A stretch of DNA of 64,000 bases from Candidatus Sulfomarinibacteraceae bacterium (GCA_963796455.1 CAWCLO010000010.1:256001-320000), one strand, 5' to 3'. Shown: positions 42,546 to 53,086, counted from the first letter of the stretch. Notes: generated by a model from the sequence alone, not told the origin. Numbers and translations are program-made.

Positions 42546-43547
42546 ATGACCGACACCGCTCAACTGCTTGCCCTGATCGACCGATTCGCCAACTCAAAAG
42601 TCGCGCTCTACGGCGATCTGGTGCTCGATCGCTTCATCCTCGGCACGCCCAAGCGGATCTCCCGGGAGGCCCCGGTGATCATCCTGCGTCACGAGGAACA
42701 ACAAGACATACCCGGCGGTGGAGCCAATGCGCTCGCCAACCTTGCAGCCCTCGGAGTCCAGGTCTCGGTGGCCGCCGCGATCGGCAACGATGAACCGGGC
42801 CGCGCGCTGACCGAGGCCCTGGTTGCCCGCGGCGTCGATACCAGCCGGGTCGTGAAGGTGGACGGCTATCGCACACCCACCAAGGTGCGAATCCTCGGTG
42901 GCGGCCCCACTTCTCTCAAACACCAGGTCGCCCGATACGACATCGAAGACGTGCTTCCCAAGGACGGGGATTGGCTCGGGCCGCTGCATCAGCACCTCGA
43001 GGAGCTGGTGCAAACGTCGGGCGCCATCGCGATCTCCGACTACGGGTATGGCTGTGTGATTCCAGAGGCGCTGCAGAAGATATCCGACTCGAAACCGTGG
43101 CTCTGTCTCGACTCAAGATACCGGATCGGTCGCTTTGTCGGCGTCGACGGCGCGACCCCCAATCTCGAAGAGCTCGAAGCACATTGCGGGCGGCGGCTTT
43201 TATTCGATGCCGCGGTCGCCACGGCAGCCGACGAACTTCGTTGCGAACTCGGTGCCCGTTTTGTATTGGCCACCCGAGGCAACCACGGCATGACCCTGGT
43301 GGAGGCCGATCACGAGCCCCGCCACATCCCGGTCTTCGGAACCGATCAGGTCGCCGACGTGACCGGTGCCGGCGATACCGTCCTGGCGGTTCTGACCGCC
43401 GCGTTGGCTTCCGGCGCGGATCCATTTCACGCCGCCACGCTCGCAAATATCGCGGCCGGACTGGTGGTCATGAAGCTCGGCACGGCAACAATATCCGCAG
43501 CTGAACTTCGTGCCGCGGTTGTCGAATCGGAGGTTTCACGTGACTGA
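42546..43547 (+). CDS. hldA: PfkB-family heptose-7-phosphate kinase (RfaE domain I)
   Basis: GDLVLD, RISREAPV, GGGAN, ISDYGYG, DVTGAGDTV. Confidence 0.85.
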   Translation: MTDTAQLLALIDRFANSKVALYGDLVLDRFILGTPKRISREAPVIILRHEEQQDIPGGGANALANLAALGVQVSVAAAIGNDEPGRALTEALVARGVDTSRVVKVDGYRTPTKVRILGGGPTSLKHQVARYDIEDVLPKDGDWLGPLHQHLEELVQTSGAIAISDYGYGCVIPEALQKISDSKPWLCLDSRYRIGRFVGVDGATPNLEELEAHCGRRLLFDAAVATAADELRCELGARFVLATRGNHGMTLVEADHEPRHIPVFGTDQVADVTGAGDTVLAVLTAALASGADPFHAATLANIAAGLVVMKLGTATISAAELRAAVVESEVSRD

Positions 43548-44038
43548 TCCGCAGAGCAAGATCCGCGACATCGACGAAATTGCGGCAGAATGTCGCCGCT
43601 GGCGAAGCGAGGGCCTGACGGTTGTCCTGGTCAATGGCGCATTCGACGTGCTCCACGTCGGACACATTCGTTATCTCGCAGCGGCCCGGGCACTGGGTGA
43701 CCGTTTGGTTGCCGCGGTCAATACCGATCTGTCGGTTCGGACCAGCAAGGGGGATCTGCGTCCGATCATCCCCGAAGCCGAACGGGTCGAAATTCTCTCG
43801 CACCTGTGGATGATCGACCGGATCTGTCTTTTTGACAGTCGGACCGTGGCGCCGGTTCTCGAAACGTTGCAACCGGAGATCCACGCCAAAGGCACTGACT
43901 ACACGGTTGAAACCGTTCCGGAACGAGCGGTGGTCGAGGCCTATGGAGGTCGAACTGCGATCTGCGGCGATCCGAAAGGACCACGCCACAACCGATCTCA
44001 TCGGCATCATTCTCGAGCGCTTTGGAGACCAACGGTGA
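43540..44038 (+). pseudogene. hldC: Heptose-1-phosphate adenylyltransferase (RfaE domain II) with a 1-nt frameshift near the 3' end (real or sequence error)
   Basis: NGAFDVLHVGHIRYL, KGTDY; GDPK then DHATTDLIG... continues in another frame to TGA 44038. Confidence 0.75.
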
Positions 44039-44067
44039 CCTCCCACCACGACGCGAAGAGCCGTTTC

Positions 44068-44176
44068 AGTTCGGAGTTCGGAGTTCGGAGTTCTGAATGT
44101 CGTTCAATCTCCAAGCTCTACAAAAAATCGAGAAGTTGGATTGAAATTCGGAATTCCGAATTCCGAATTCCGAATT
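44068..44176. repeat. Inverted heptamer-repeat hairpin (TTCGGAG)n...(TTCCGAA)n
   Basis: Arms 44068-44098 and 44146-44176; inner TTCAAT/ATTGAA and TCCAA/TTGGA also pair. Confidence 0.85.
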
Positions 44177-44192
44177 TGGGAAGTGGCCGGCG

Positions 44193-45209
44193 GTGAGAAT
44201 CGTCCTGGTTCGCCTCTCCGCCCTCGGCGATATCGTGCACACCTGGCCGTTGGCCGAAGCTCTCCGAGCCGCCGATCCATCCATTCATCTCACATGGGTC
44301 ATTGAAAGGGTTCTTCGGCCTCTCGTCGAAGGGCACCCGGCGATCGACTCGGTGATCCCGACCGAAACGGCTCGCTGGAGGAAACACCCCTTCGATGCCA
44401 CAACTCGCGCTGAGATCGCAGGCCTCAAAACCCGGTTTCACGAATTGCAACCGGATCTGACCATCGACCCCCAGGGCACCTTCAAATCGGCAATCGTGAC
44501 CCGTTGGACGGGCGCCGGGCAGAGGGTCGGTCTGTCCCGGCCCTGGCGGCGAGAGTTGATTGCGGGACTCGCCTATTCAAAAACCATCGCCGGCGCACCG
44601 GCGGGGGCCCATGTGGTCGACACCAACCTGGCCATGACTCGGGCAATCGGCGCGTTGCCTCCCGTCGGCCGGCTTCCTGATGGGTCGTGGCTCGCCGCAC
44701 GTCTGGCTGACCGCGAAATTACCGGCGGCTGGAAAAAGCCCTATGCGGTGGTCCTACCGGGAGTCGGCGGAGGCCACAAGAAAATCCCCACTCAAACTCT
44801 CGCGGAAGTCAGCGACGGCGTGGCGGATCACGGGCTCGAGGTCGTGGCGCTCTGGGGGCCCGGCGAACGGAATCGCGCCGCCGAGGTCATCGCCGCCGCC
44901 GGATCGCGGGTCCGCCTCGCGCCCGCCACCGATATCGAAGAAATGGCGGCCATCTTGAGTACAGCATCTCTTGTCATCGGCGGCGACACCGGTCCGGTTC
45001 ACCTCGCGGCCAGTTTCGGGATCCCCACCGTTGGGGTGTTCCTCGCCAGCGATTGGCACCGAAACGGTCCGCTTGGAGCCAGAGCAATTGCCGTATCAGG
45101 TGCGGAGGAGGCCCAGAGACGGCCCTCGGGCACCGCGCGTGTTCGGCCGAAGAGGGCCGTCGCGGCGCGGGAGATTCTGGATGCGGCCCGGTCAATCCTC
45201 GTTGTTTGA
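44193..45209 (+). CDS. waaC: GT9 lipopolysaccharide heptosyltransferase, WaaC-like
   Basis: VRLSALGDIVH, IDPQG.FKSA, GGDTGPVHLAA. Confidence 0.8.
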   Translation: MRIVLVRLSALGDIVHTWPLAEALRAADPSIHLTWVIERVLRPLVEGHPAIDSVIPTETARWRKHPFDATTRAEIAGLKTRFHELQPDLTIDPQGTFKSAIVTRWTGAGQRVGLSRPWRRELIAGLAYSKTIAGAPAGAHVVDTNLAMTRAIGALPPVGRLPDGSWLAARLADREITGGWKKPYAVVLPGVGGGHKKIPTQTLAEVSDGVADHGLEVVALWGPGERNRAAEVIAAAGSRVRLAPATDIEEMAAILSTASLVIGGDTGPVHLAASFGIPTVGVFLASDWHRNGPLGARAIAVSGAEEAQRRPSGTARVRPKRAVAAREILDAARSILVV

Positions 45210-45368
45210 TTTTTTTTCGCGAAATTTGTGACCAATGGTCCATCAAAAACGTCCCTCTTTGTTAACATAGATAGGGTCTGTATTTGCATCGAAACCACCG
45301 ACGTAAATCTCCACGCGAGTCGGATGCTACAATTTTATTGAATATGTCTGTCGAAATGGACTGAATGC

Positions 45369-47084
45369 ATGGCTCTGAAAATCGGCGAACTCCTCATCAA
45401 AGCGAAACTGATCAACGAACACCAATTGGCAAAGGCACTTGAAGAGCAACGAGCCAATGGCGGACGTATCGGTGAGCACCTGGTGTCCCTGGAGTACGTC
45501 ACCGAAGAAGACATCCTCGATTGTCTTTCGCAGCAATATGGCGTGCCCTCTATCAATCTCAGACATTTCGATATCGATGAAGGCATCATTCGACTGATCC
45601 CGGCAGACGTTGCACGCAAGTACCAGTTCATACCGGTGTCCAAGACTGGCGCCACCTTGACCGTCGCCATGACCGATCCATCCAACGTCTTTGCGATGGA
45701 TGACATCACCTTTATCACCGGGTACCGTGTCGAACCGGTCGTCGCTTCCGAAGAGGCGCTACGCGAAGCGATCGACAACTATTACGGGACCACCCACTCC
45801 ATCGAGCTCAAAAAGGTGATGGAGGATCTGTCCACCGTCGAAGAGGCGGCCCTGGAAGTCCTGGACGACGAAGAAGAACTCGACATCCAGGACCTGGCGG
45901 AAAGCGCCGACGAAGCGCCGGTCGTTCGCCTGGTAAATCTGATCCTGACCGATGCGCTCAAGCGCTCCGCATCCGACATTCACATCGAGCCCTATGAAAA
46001 GTCCTACCGCGTCCGCTTCCGGATCGACGGGGTGCTCTACGAGATCATGAACCCGCCGATCAAATTCAAAGACGCGATCTGTTCCCGCATCAAAATCCTC
46101 GCCAAGCTCGACATCGCTGAGAAACGGCTGCCGCAGGATGGACGCATCAAACTCAAAATGAAATACCAGGGCAAGGTCAAGGAACTCGATTTCCGAGTTT
46201 CGACCCTGCCCACCCTGCATGGCGAAAAGATCGTCATGCGGCTGCTCGACAAAGATTCTCTGATGCTCGACATGACCAAGCTCGGCTTCGAAAAATCGAG
46301 TTTGAAGCATTTCGAGGAAGCGATCTTCCAGCCCTACGGCATGGTGCTGGTGACCGGACCTACCGGTTCGGGCAAGACCAATACTCTGTATTCGGCGATC
46401 TCGCGGATCAACACGCCAGAAGTCAACATCATGACGGCGGAGGACCCGGTCGAGTTCCAGATGGTGGGCGTCAACCAGGTGCAGATGAAGGAGTCCATCG
46501 GACTCAACTTCGCGGCTGCGCTGCGCTCCTTTTTGCGCCAGGACCCGAATATCGTGCTGGTCGGAGAGATCCGAGACTTCGAGACTGCCGAGATCGCAAT
46601 CAAGGCGGCACTTACCGGCCACCTGGTCCTTTCAACGCTCCACACCAACGACGCGCCCTCATCGATCAACCGCCTCATGAACATGGGCATCGAGCCTTTC
46701 CTCGTCGCGACCTCGGTCAATCTCGTTGTCGCCCAGCGGCTGGTCCGGAAGATCTGTGAGAAGTGCCGGCAGCCGGAAGAGGTGCCGATCCAGGCGCTCC
46801 TCAACGTCGGATTCTCCGAGGCCGAGGCGCCAAATATCGAGCTCTTTCGCGGTCGCGGCTGCGACGAATGCAACCAGCGCGGTTATCGGGGCCGGATCGG
46901 TATCTACGAGGTTATGGTCGTCTCGGAAGACATTCGTGAACTCATTCTCTCCGGAGCGTCGGCGGTTGAACTGCGCCGCAAGTCGATGGAGGAGGGTATG
47001 ATCGGATTGAGGCAATCGGGACTGCAGAAGATCCGCGACGGCATAACCACCATCGATGAAGTGGTTCGCGAATCGATCCTGTAA
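45369..47084 (+). CDS. pilB: Type IV pilus assembly ATPase PilB
   Basis: LDIAEKRLPQDG, GPTGSGKT, AEDPVE, LRQDPN, STLHTNDAP, CEKC..CDEC. Confidence 0.95.
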   Translation: MALKIGELLIKAKLINEHQLAKALEEQRANGGRIGEHLVSLEYVTEEDILDCLSQQYGVPSINLRHFDIDEGIIRLIPADVARKYQFIPVSKTGATLTVAMTDPSNVFAMDDITFITGYRVEPVVASEEALREAIDNYYGTTHSIELKKVMEDLSTVEEAALEVLDDEEELDIQDLAESADEAPVVRLVNLILTDALKRSASDIHIEPYEKSYRVRFRIDGVLYEIMNPPIKFKDAICSRIKILAKLDIAEKRLPQDGRIKLKMKYQGKVKELDFRVSTLPTLHGEKIVMRLLDKDSLMLDMTKLGFEKSSLKHFEEAIFQPYGMVLVTGPTGSGKTNTLYSAISRINTPEVNIMTAEDPVEFQMVGVNQVQMKESIGLNFAAALRSFLRQDPNIVLVGEIRDFETAEIAIKAALTGHLVLSTLHTNDAPSSINRLMNMGIEPFLVATSVNLVVAQRLVRKICEKCRQPEEVPIQALLNVGFSEAEAPNIELFRGRGCDECNQRGYRGRIGIYEVMVVSEDIRELILSGASAVELRRKSMEEGMIGLRQSGLQKIRDGITTIDEVVRESIL

Positions 47085-47101
47085 GGCGGAGAGGAAGGCC
47101 A

Positions 47102-48220
47102 ATGACAGTCAGCCTGCACCAGCTTCTCAAGACCATGGTGGAGAAGGGCGGCACCGACCTCCACGTCACCACCAACTCGCCGCCCCTGATCCGGGTTGAC
47201 GGCACTCTGGTCACCCTGTCGCATCCACCGATGACGGCGGTGGACACCAAGAAGCTCGCTTATTCGGTCCTGACCGACGCGCAGAAACACCGCTTCGAGG
47301 AGACCCTCGAGCTCGATATCTCTTTCGGCGTCAAGGGGCTGGCCCGTTTCAGGGCCAATATCTATATGCAACGAGGCGCGGTCGCCGGCGCTTTCCGGCG
47401 AATTCCCTACGAGATCCTCGGTTTCCGGGAGCTCGGTCTGCCTCAGTCCGTGGAGGCTCTGTGCAACAAACCCCGCGGATTGGTGTTGGTCACCGGTCCC
47501 ACGGGTTCCGGAAAATCCACCACCCTGGCAGCGATGATCGACAAGATCAACCGTGAAAACGCGCTCCATATCCTGACAATCGAGGATCCCGTCGAGTACC
47601 TCCACTCGCACAAGAAATGTATGGTCAACCAGCGCGAGCTGCACGCGGACACGCACAGCTTCCCCGCCGCACTGCGATCGGTCCTCCGTGAAGATCCCGA
47701 CGTGGTGCTGATCGGAGAGATGCGTGACCTCGAGACAATCGAGTCGGCGCTGCGGATCGCCGAAACCGGCCACCTTACTTTCGCCACCCTGCACACAAAC
47801 TCCGCACCCCAGACGATCAACCGCATCGTCGACGTCTTTCCCGAACATCAGCAGTCACAGATCCGTGCCCAGCTCAGCTTCGTGCTCGAGGGCATCATCT
47901 GTCAGTCACTACTGCGACGCGCCTCCGGCAAGGGGCGCGCTTTGTGTTGCGAAGTTCTGATTCCGAGTTCGGCGATCCGTAACCTGATTCGCGAGGACAA
48001 GATCCACCAGGTCTACTCGATGATGCAGGCGGGTCAGACAAAACACGGTATGCAGACCTTCAACCAGGGTCTGGCAACGCTATACCACCGACGCTTGATC
48101 TCGCTGCAGACGGCGCTTGCCTACAGTTCGTACCCGGATGAGCTGCAGGACATGATCAACAGGGGCGTGGGCGTAGCAAACACCCAGAACCCTGACGCGC
48201 AGCGAGCAAGGAGGAGCTGA
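47102..48220 (+). CDS. pilT: Type IV pilus retraction ATPase PilT
   Basis: GPTGSGKSTT, LREDPDVVLIGEMRD, AIRNLIRE. Confidence 0.96.
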   Translation: MTVSLHQLLKTMVEKGGTDLHVTTNSPPLIRVDGTLVTLSHPPMTAVDTKKLAYSVLTDAQKHRFEETLELDISFGVKGLARFRANIYMQRGAVAGAFRRIPYEILGFRELGLPQSVEALCNKPRGLVLVTGPTGSGKSTTLAAMIDKINRENALHILTIEDPVEYLHSHKKCMVNQRELHADTHSFPAALRSVLREDPDVVLIGEMRDLETIESALRIAETGHLTFATLHTNSAPQTINRIVDVFPEHQQSQIRAQLSFVLEGIICQSLLRRASGKGRALCCEVLIPSSAIRNLIREDKIHQVYSMMQAGQTKHGMQTFNQGLATLYHRRLISLQTALAYSSYPDELQDMINRGVGVANTQNPDAQRARRS

Positions 48221-48221
48221 G

Positions 48222-49424
48222 ATGCCCAGTTACGAATGGAAGGGCCGCGACCGAAACGGCATGGCGCAGACCGGCGTGCTCATCGGCGACAGCAAAGACG
48301 CTGTCATCGCCGCTCTTCGTCGTCAGCAAATCGTTGTCACGACAGTCAAAGAAAAGGGCAAAGAGATCGCTTTGCCCAAATTCGGCAGTGGAATCAAGTC
48401 CAAGGACATCGCGGTCTTCACGCGCCAGTTCTCGGTGATGATCGACGCCGGCCTGCCATTGGTGCAGTGTCTCGACATCCTTGGGCAACAGCAGGACAAC
48501 AAGGCTTTTCAGAAGATCATCCTCCAGGTTCGACAGGATGTCGAAGGCGGCTCGGCGCTCGCCGAAGCGATGCGCAAACACCCCCAGGCCTTCGACGATC
48601 TCTACGTCAACATGGTGGCGGCCGGTGAGGCCGGCGGTATCCTCGACACCATTCTGCAGCGCCTTGCCACCTACATCGAAAAGTCGGTCAAGCTCAAGAG
48701 CCAGGTCCGGTCGGCAATGGTGTATCCGGTTTCGGTCGTCACGATCGCAGTGGTCGTCGTCTACATCATTTTGTGGAAGGTCATTCCGGTATTCGCCTCC
48801 CTCTTCGAAGGTCTTGGCGGCAGGCTGCCCTTCCTGACCCAGGTGATCGTCAATATTTCCAGTTTCATCGGCAACTTCTGGTGGCTGATATTCATGGTCG
48901 TCTTCGGCGCCATTTTTGCTTTGCGACAGTACTACGCCACCGATGCGGGGCGATACCAGATCGACAAGATCATGCTCAAGATGCCGGCCATCGGCATTTT
49001 GTTGCGGAAGATCGCGGTGGCGCGATTCTGCCGTACCCTCGGAACCCTGCTTTCTTCGGGTGTGGCGATTCTCGAGTCCTTGGAAATCACGGCACGCACT
49101 GCCGGTAACGCGGTCATCGAAGAAGCTCTTCTGAAAGTCCGCAAAGAGGTGGAAGAGGGCAAAACGATCGCCGAACCATTGACTCGCTCCGAACAATTTC
49201 CGCCAATGGTCTGCCAGATGATCGGAGTCGGCGAACAGACCGGAGCCATGGACACCATGCTCTCCAAGATCGCGGATTTCTATGAGGACGAAGTGGATGC
49301 CGCGGTCGATGGCATGATGGCCTTGATCGAACCGGTCATCATTGCCTTCCTCGGTGTTGTGATCGGCACCATCGTGGTCGCCATGTACCTGCCGATGTTC
49401 GCATTGATCAGCCAGATCGGATGA
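48222..49424 (+). CDS. pilC: Type IV pilus platform protein PilC (GspF family)
   Basis: FTRQFSVMIDAGLPL, AGEAGGILD, VGEQTG, MYLPMF. Confidence 0.94.
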   Translation: MPSYEWKGRDRNGMAQTGVLIGDSKDAVIAALRRQQIVVTTVKEKGKEIALPKFGSGIKSKDIAVFTRQFSVMIDAGLPLVQCLDILGQQQDNKAFQKIILQVRQDVEGGSALAEAMRKHPQAFDDLYVNMVAAGEAGGILDTILQRLATYIEKSVKLKSQVRSAMVYPVSVVTIAVVVVYIILWKVIPVFASLFEGLGGRLPFLTQVIVNISSFIGNFWWLIFMVVFGAIFALRQYYATDAGRYQIDKIMLKMPAIGILLRKIAVARFCRTLGTLLSSGVAILESLEITARTAGNAVIEEALLKVRKEVEEGKTIAEPLTRSEQFPPMVCQMIGVGEQTGAMDTMLSKIADFYEDEVDAAVDGMMALIEPVIIAFLGVVIGTIVVAMYLPMFALISQIG

Positions 49425-51109
49425 TGGAAAAGCGGTCGACAACGACCGCATTGACGGCGGCCGAGATGGCGGTTCCAGCGGCGCCCCATCCATCGCAGAA
49501 GAGTCTGCGCTGGCTCATCGGTTTGCGCCTGGTGGTCATCTCGACCCTGTTTCTGGGCATCGTGCTGATTCAGATCAACAGCCAGAGAATCCTCCCTCTG
49601 CGGAACTTCTACGGTCTAATCCTCTTCACTTTCGGTCTGTCGCTCTTTTATCTCGTTCTCTACGTGCGCCAGACCTCACCGCGAATTCAGTCCTGGGTGC
49701 AACTGTTGGGCGATATCGCGGTGGTGACCGGTTTCGTCTATTTCACCGGCGGTCTGTACTCGCCATTTTCCTTTCTGTATCTGACCGTCATCGCTGTCGC
49801 CGCCATGCTGATGCGGGGCGGTGGTTTGATATTTGCCGGGCTCTCCGCCGTCGTCTACGGCCTGCTCGTCGATCTGATGGTCTTCGAGGTGCTGCCGGTT
49901 CCTGAAAACCTCACCGGGATACAGGTCGCCATGCCGACCTCGCGCATCCTGATCCAACTGTTGACCAATGTGGTCGGTTTTCTGCTCGTTGCGGTGTTGG
50001 TCTCCTATCTCGGCGAATCACTTCGCAGTGCTCACAGCCAGCTCAGGGAAGAGACCCAACGGACCCGCCAATTCGTGGCGCTCACCGATCACGTGGTCCG
50101 TTCAGTGGGTGCCGGCATCGTCGCTCTCGATCTCAACGGAAGGGTCCTGCACCTCAACCCGGCCGGCGCTCGAATGCTGGGTATGCCCGATAACGAAGCC
50201 GCCACCGGGGCCAACCTCGACGAGGTCATCCCCCTTGAAGACCAGAACTGGGGGCTTTTGAAAACCCGTGCCCGTGACCGCAAGGTGGTCCGACTCGAGG
50301 GGACGATCGCCACATCGGGGGCCCGACTCGGACTGACCATCGGCCCTTTGACCGATGAGAGCGAAAAGGTCGTCGGCTTCATCGTCACATTTCAAGATCT
50401 TTCGGAAATCAGGGTGGAGGCTGAACGGCAGAGACTTCAGGAGCGGATGGCGGCGGTTGGTGAAATGGCAGCGCGGATGGCGCACGAGATCAAGAATCCG
50501 CTGGCTTCGATTTCGGGTTCGGCTCAGGTCCTCGAGTCTGCCGGAACGCTCGACGACAAAGGCCAACGCCTGCTCCGAATTCTGGTGGACGAATCGCGAC
50601 GCCTGTCCGGAATTCTCGATGGTTTTCTCGAATACGCTCGACCCCACCAGGCCGCATTCGGTCCGTGTGACGTCGGCGGCATGCTCCGCGACTGCGTCGA
50701 TCTGCTGCGGAGATCGGAAGAACATCGTGAGACCCATCAGGTGGTTCTCGCGGCACCCGACAAACTCGTGCTTCGCGGCGAAGAACATCTCTTGCGCCAG
50801 ATCTTCTGGAACCTCTCCCGCAATGCCCTCCAGGCGATGCCCGACGGAGGCGAACTCACGGTCTCCGCGGAGCGCCGCGACGGACACATCGTGATGCGAT
50901 GGCGCGACGCAGGGATCGGAATGACCGAGGACGTTCGTCGCCAGGCCTTCGAGCCCTTCGTGACGACCCGCCCGGGCGGCACGGGTCTCGGTCTCGCGGT
51001 GGTGTACGCTGCGGTTGCAGAACACGGCGGCACCATTGCAATCGACAGTGCGCCGGGTCGCGGAACCGTCGTCACCGTCGAGTTGCCAGTGCATCGGGAG
51101 GCCGCATGA
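49421..51109 (+). CDS. pilS: PilS-like PAS sensor histidine kinase
   Basis: N-terminal TM helices, AHEIKNPLAS, NL..NA, GTGLGLA. Confidence 0.85.
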   Translation: MMEKRSTTTALTAAEMAVPAAPHPSQKSLRWLIGLRLVVISTLFLGIVLIQINSQRILPLRNFYGLILFTFGLSLFYLVLYVRQTSPRIQSWVQLLGDIAVVTGFVYFTGGLYSPFSFLYLTVIAVAAMLMRGGGLIFAGLSAVVYGLLVDLMVFEVLPVPENLTGIQVAMPTSRILIQLLTNVVGFLLVAVLVSYLGESLRSAHSQLREETQRTRQFVALTDHVVRSVGAGIVALDLNGRVLHLNPAGARMLGMPDNEAATGANLDEVIPLEDQNWGLLKTRARDRKVVRLEGTIATSGARLGLTIGPLTDESEKVVGFIVTFQDLSEIRVEAERQRLQERMAAVGEMAARMAHEIKNPLASISGSAQVLESAGTLDDKGQRLLRILVDESRRLSGILDGFLEYARPHQAAFGPCDVGGMLRDCVDLLRRSEEHRETHQVVLAAPDKLVLRGEEHLLRQIFWNLSRNALQAMPDGGELTVSAERRDGHIVMRWRDAGIGMTEDVRRQAFEPFVTTRPGGTGLGLAVVYAAVAEHGGTIAIDSAPGRGTVVTVELPVHREAA

Positions 51110-52458
51110 GCCGAGGCCATATTCTGGTCATCGACGACGAGAAATCGTTGCGCGAGTTCCTCACCATCCTGCTCGAGCAGGAGGATTACGAGGTGACCAC
51201 GGCCGACAGCGTCGCCACCGGCATCGAAAAGGTCGTCCGCGGCTCCTTCGATCTGGTCATGTGTGACCTCAAACTTCCCGACGGCTCCGGTCTCGAGGTG
51301 CTTGGCGAGGCGCGAAAATGCCAGGTCAAGAGCCCGTTCATCATCATCACAGCTCACACGACGCCCCAGGTCGCCATCGAATCTCTTCGGGCCGGGGCCG
51401 CCGAATATCTCTCGAAACCGTTCAACGTCGACGACCTCAAACTGATCCTGAACAAACTCCTCGACGCCGCGGAGGAGGCTGGAGAACCCCGCGAAGTACC
51501 GAACTTCATCGGTTCGAGCCCCGCGATCCGCCGTATCTTGGACATGGTGCCGCGCCTTGCCGCAACCCCTTCGACGGTCTTTATTACCGGTGAGAGCGGA
51601 ACCGGCAAGGAGCTTCTCGCACAGGCCATTCACGCCTTTTCCGCCAACGCAAACGGTCCTTTTCTTTCGGTGAACTGCGGTGCCCTTCCCGAAGGCCTTC
51701 TCGAGTCCGAGCTCTTTGGCCACGTCAGAGGATCGTTCACCGGAGCTGTCAAGGACCACAAGGGGATGTTTGTCGACGCAGAAAACGGCACCCTCCTCCT
51801 CGACGAGGTCGGTGAGCTGACACCATTGATGCAGGTCAAACTGCTGCGCGTGTTGCAGGAACGTCGTGTTCGTCCAGTTGGCGCAAGTCGTGAAATCGAC
51901 GTCAATGTTCGGGTACTCGCGGCAACCAATCGAGACCTCGAAAAAGGCGTCAAGGACGGCGATTTCCGGGAAGATCTCTACTACCGCCTCAACGTGCTCC
52001 ACGTTCACCTGCCTCCGCTGCGGCAGCGCGGTGAAGACCTGCCTGAGTTGGCCAGGCACTTTGTCGAGAGGACCTGCATCAATTTCGGGCTGCCGCCAAA
52101 AAGACTGACACCCGATGCTCTGCGGGTATTGCAGGCATACAACTGGCCGGGAAACGTCCGCGAACTCGAAAATGTCGTGGAACGCACGGTCGCTTTGGAA
52201 TCCAGCGAGCTCATCTCCTCAGGCAGCCTGCCCGAGCACCTGCGGGGTGGCCCGACAGATACCCGGAACGAGCAGATGGGTTTGCCCGAGGAGGGCCTTG
52301 ATCTCGACGCACACCTTGATAACATGCGTCGCTCGATGATGCGACAGGCGCTGAATCAAACCGGAGGCCACCAGAAAAAGGCCTCCGAACTGCTGCGAAT
52401 GTCCTATCGCGCATTTCGCTACCACGCCGAAAAGCTCGGTCTCGTTCATGATGACTGA
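51106..52458 (+). CDS. pilR: PilR-like sigma-54 response regulator
   Basis: Receiver (IDDE, DLKLPD), [27 protein letters not shown] overlaps the pilS stop. Confidence 0.87.
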   Translation: MSRGHILVIDDEKSLREFLTILLEQEDYEVTTADSVATGIEKVVRGSFDLVMCDLKLPDGSGLEVLGEARKCQVKSPFIIITAHTTPQVAIESLRAGAAEYLSKPFNVDDLKLILNKLLDAAEEAGEPREVPNFIGSSPAIRRILDMVPRLAATPSTVFITGESGTGKELLAQAIHAFSANANGPFLSVNCGALPEGLLESELFGHVRGSFTGAVKDHKGMFVDAENGTLLLDEVGELTPLMQVKLLRVLQERRVRPVGASREIDVNVRVLAATNRDLEKGVKDGDFREDLYYRLNVLHVHLPPLRQRGEDLPELARHFVERTCINFGLPPKRLTPDALRVLQAYNWPGNVRELENVVERTVALESSELISSGSLPEHLRGGPTDTRNEQMGLPEEGLDLDAHLDNMRRSMMRQALNQTGGHQKKASELLRMSYRAFRYHAEKLGLVHDD

Positions 52459-52488
52459 TCGAGCGGCCACAGGGAGCACGGAAAAGCA

Positions 52489-53073
52489 ATGACCTTTCAG
52501 GACCTCAACCCACGAACAATCATCCAAGGTGCGCTCCGCCATCCATTTCTTTTCGTCTCATTGTTGGCGGTGGCGGCTTGCACGCAACCAGCGCAGGAAA
52601 CCGATTTGCTGGCATCAACGTCACCTCCCCAGCACACTGTCGAATCTCCCACCGGAACACTCCCGGACGGCTCGGAGATCACGCTCGAGCTCGCCATCAC
52701 ACCCGAAGAGCTTGCCACCGGTTTGATGTACCGGCCCTCATTGGCGGCTGATCGCGGTATGCTTCTGCTCTTCGAGATCGAACGTTCTCCTTCGATCTGG
52801 ATGAAAAACACCCTCATCAACCTCGATCTGATCTACCTCGACGATTCCGGAACCATCGTCCACCTGGTGGCCGATGTTCCACCGTGCGCCACCGATCCGT
52901 GTCCGACCTATTCATCCGAGAAAGATGCACGGGCGGTTCTCGAAATGATCACCGGCAGCATCGAGACCCACGGTCTCTCGATCGGCGACACGCTCGCATT
53001 CGCGCGCGTGCCGGGGTATCCGGTGATCGAAGCGGCAGCAGAAACCGAAGCGGATACCGTCGAGGAGAATTAG
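52489..53073 (+). CDS. DUF192-family lipoprotein
   Basis: Lipobox VAAC, GLMYR..L..DRGMLL.F, WMKNT, VLE. Confidence 0.8.
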   Translation: MTFQDLNPRTIIQGALRHPFLFVSLLAVAACTQPAQETDLLASTSPPQHTVESPTGTLPDGSEITLELAITPEELATGLMYRPSLAADRGMLLLFEIERSPSIWMKNTLINLDLIYLDDSGTIVHLVADVPPCATDPCPTYSSEKDARAVLEMITGSIETHGLSIGDTLAFARVPGYPVIEAAAETEADTVEEN

Positions 53074-53086
53074 AGGCCACCGGGTT

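Noticed and set aside
45273..45288. sigma-54 promoter upstream of pilB (GG-N10-GC)
   Set aside because: The -24 element AGGGTCT is far from TGGCACG.
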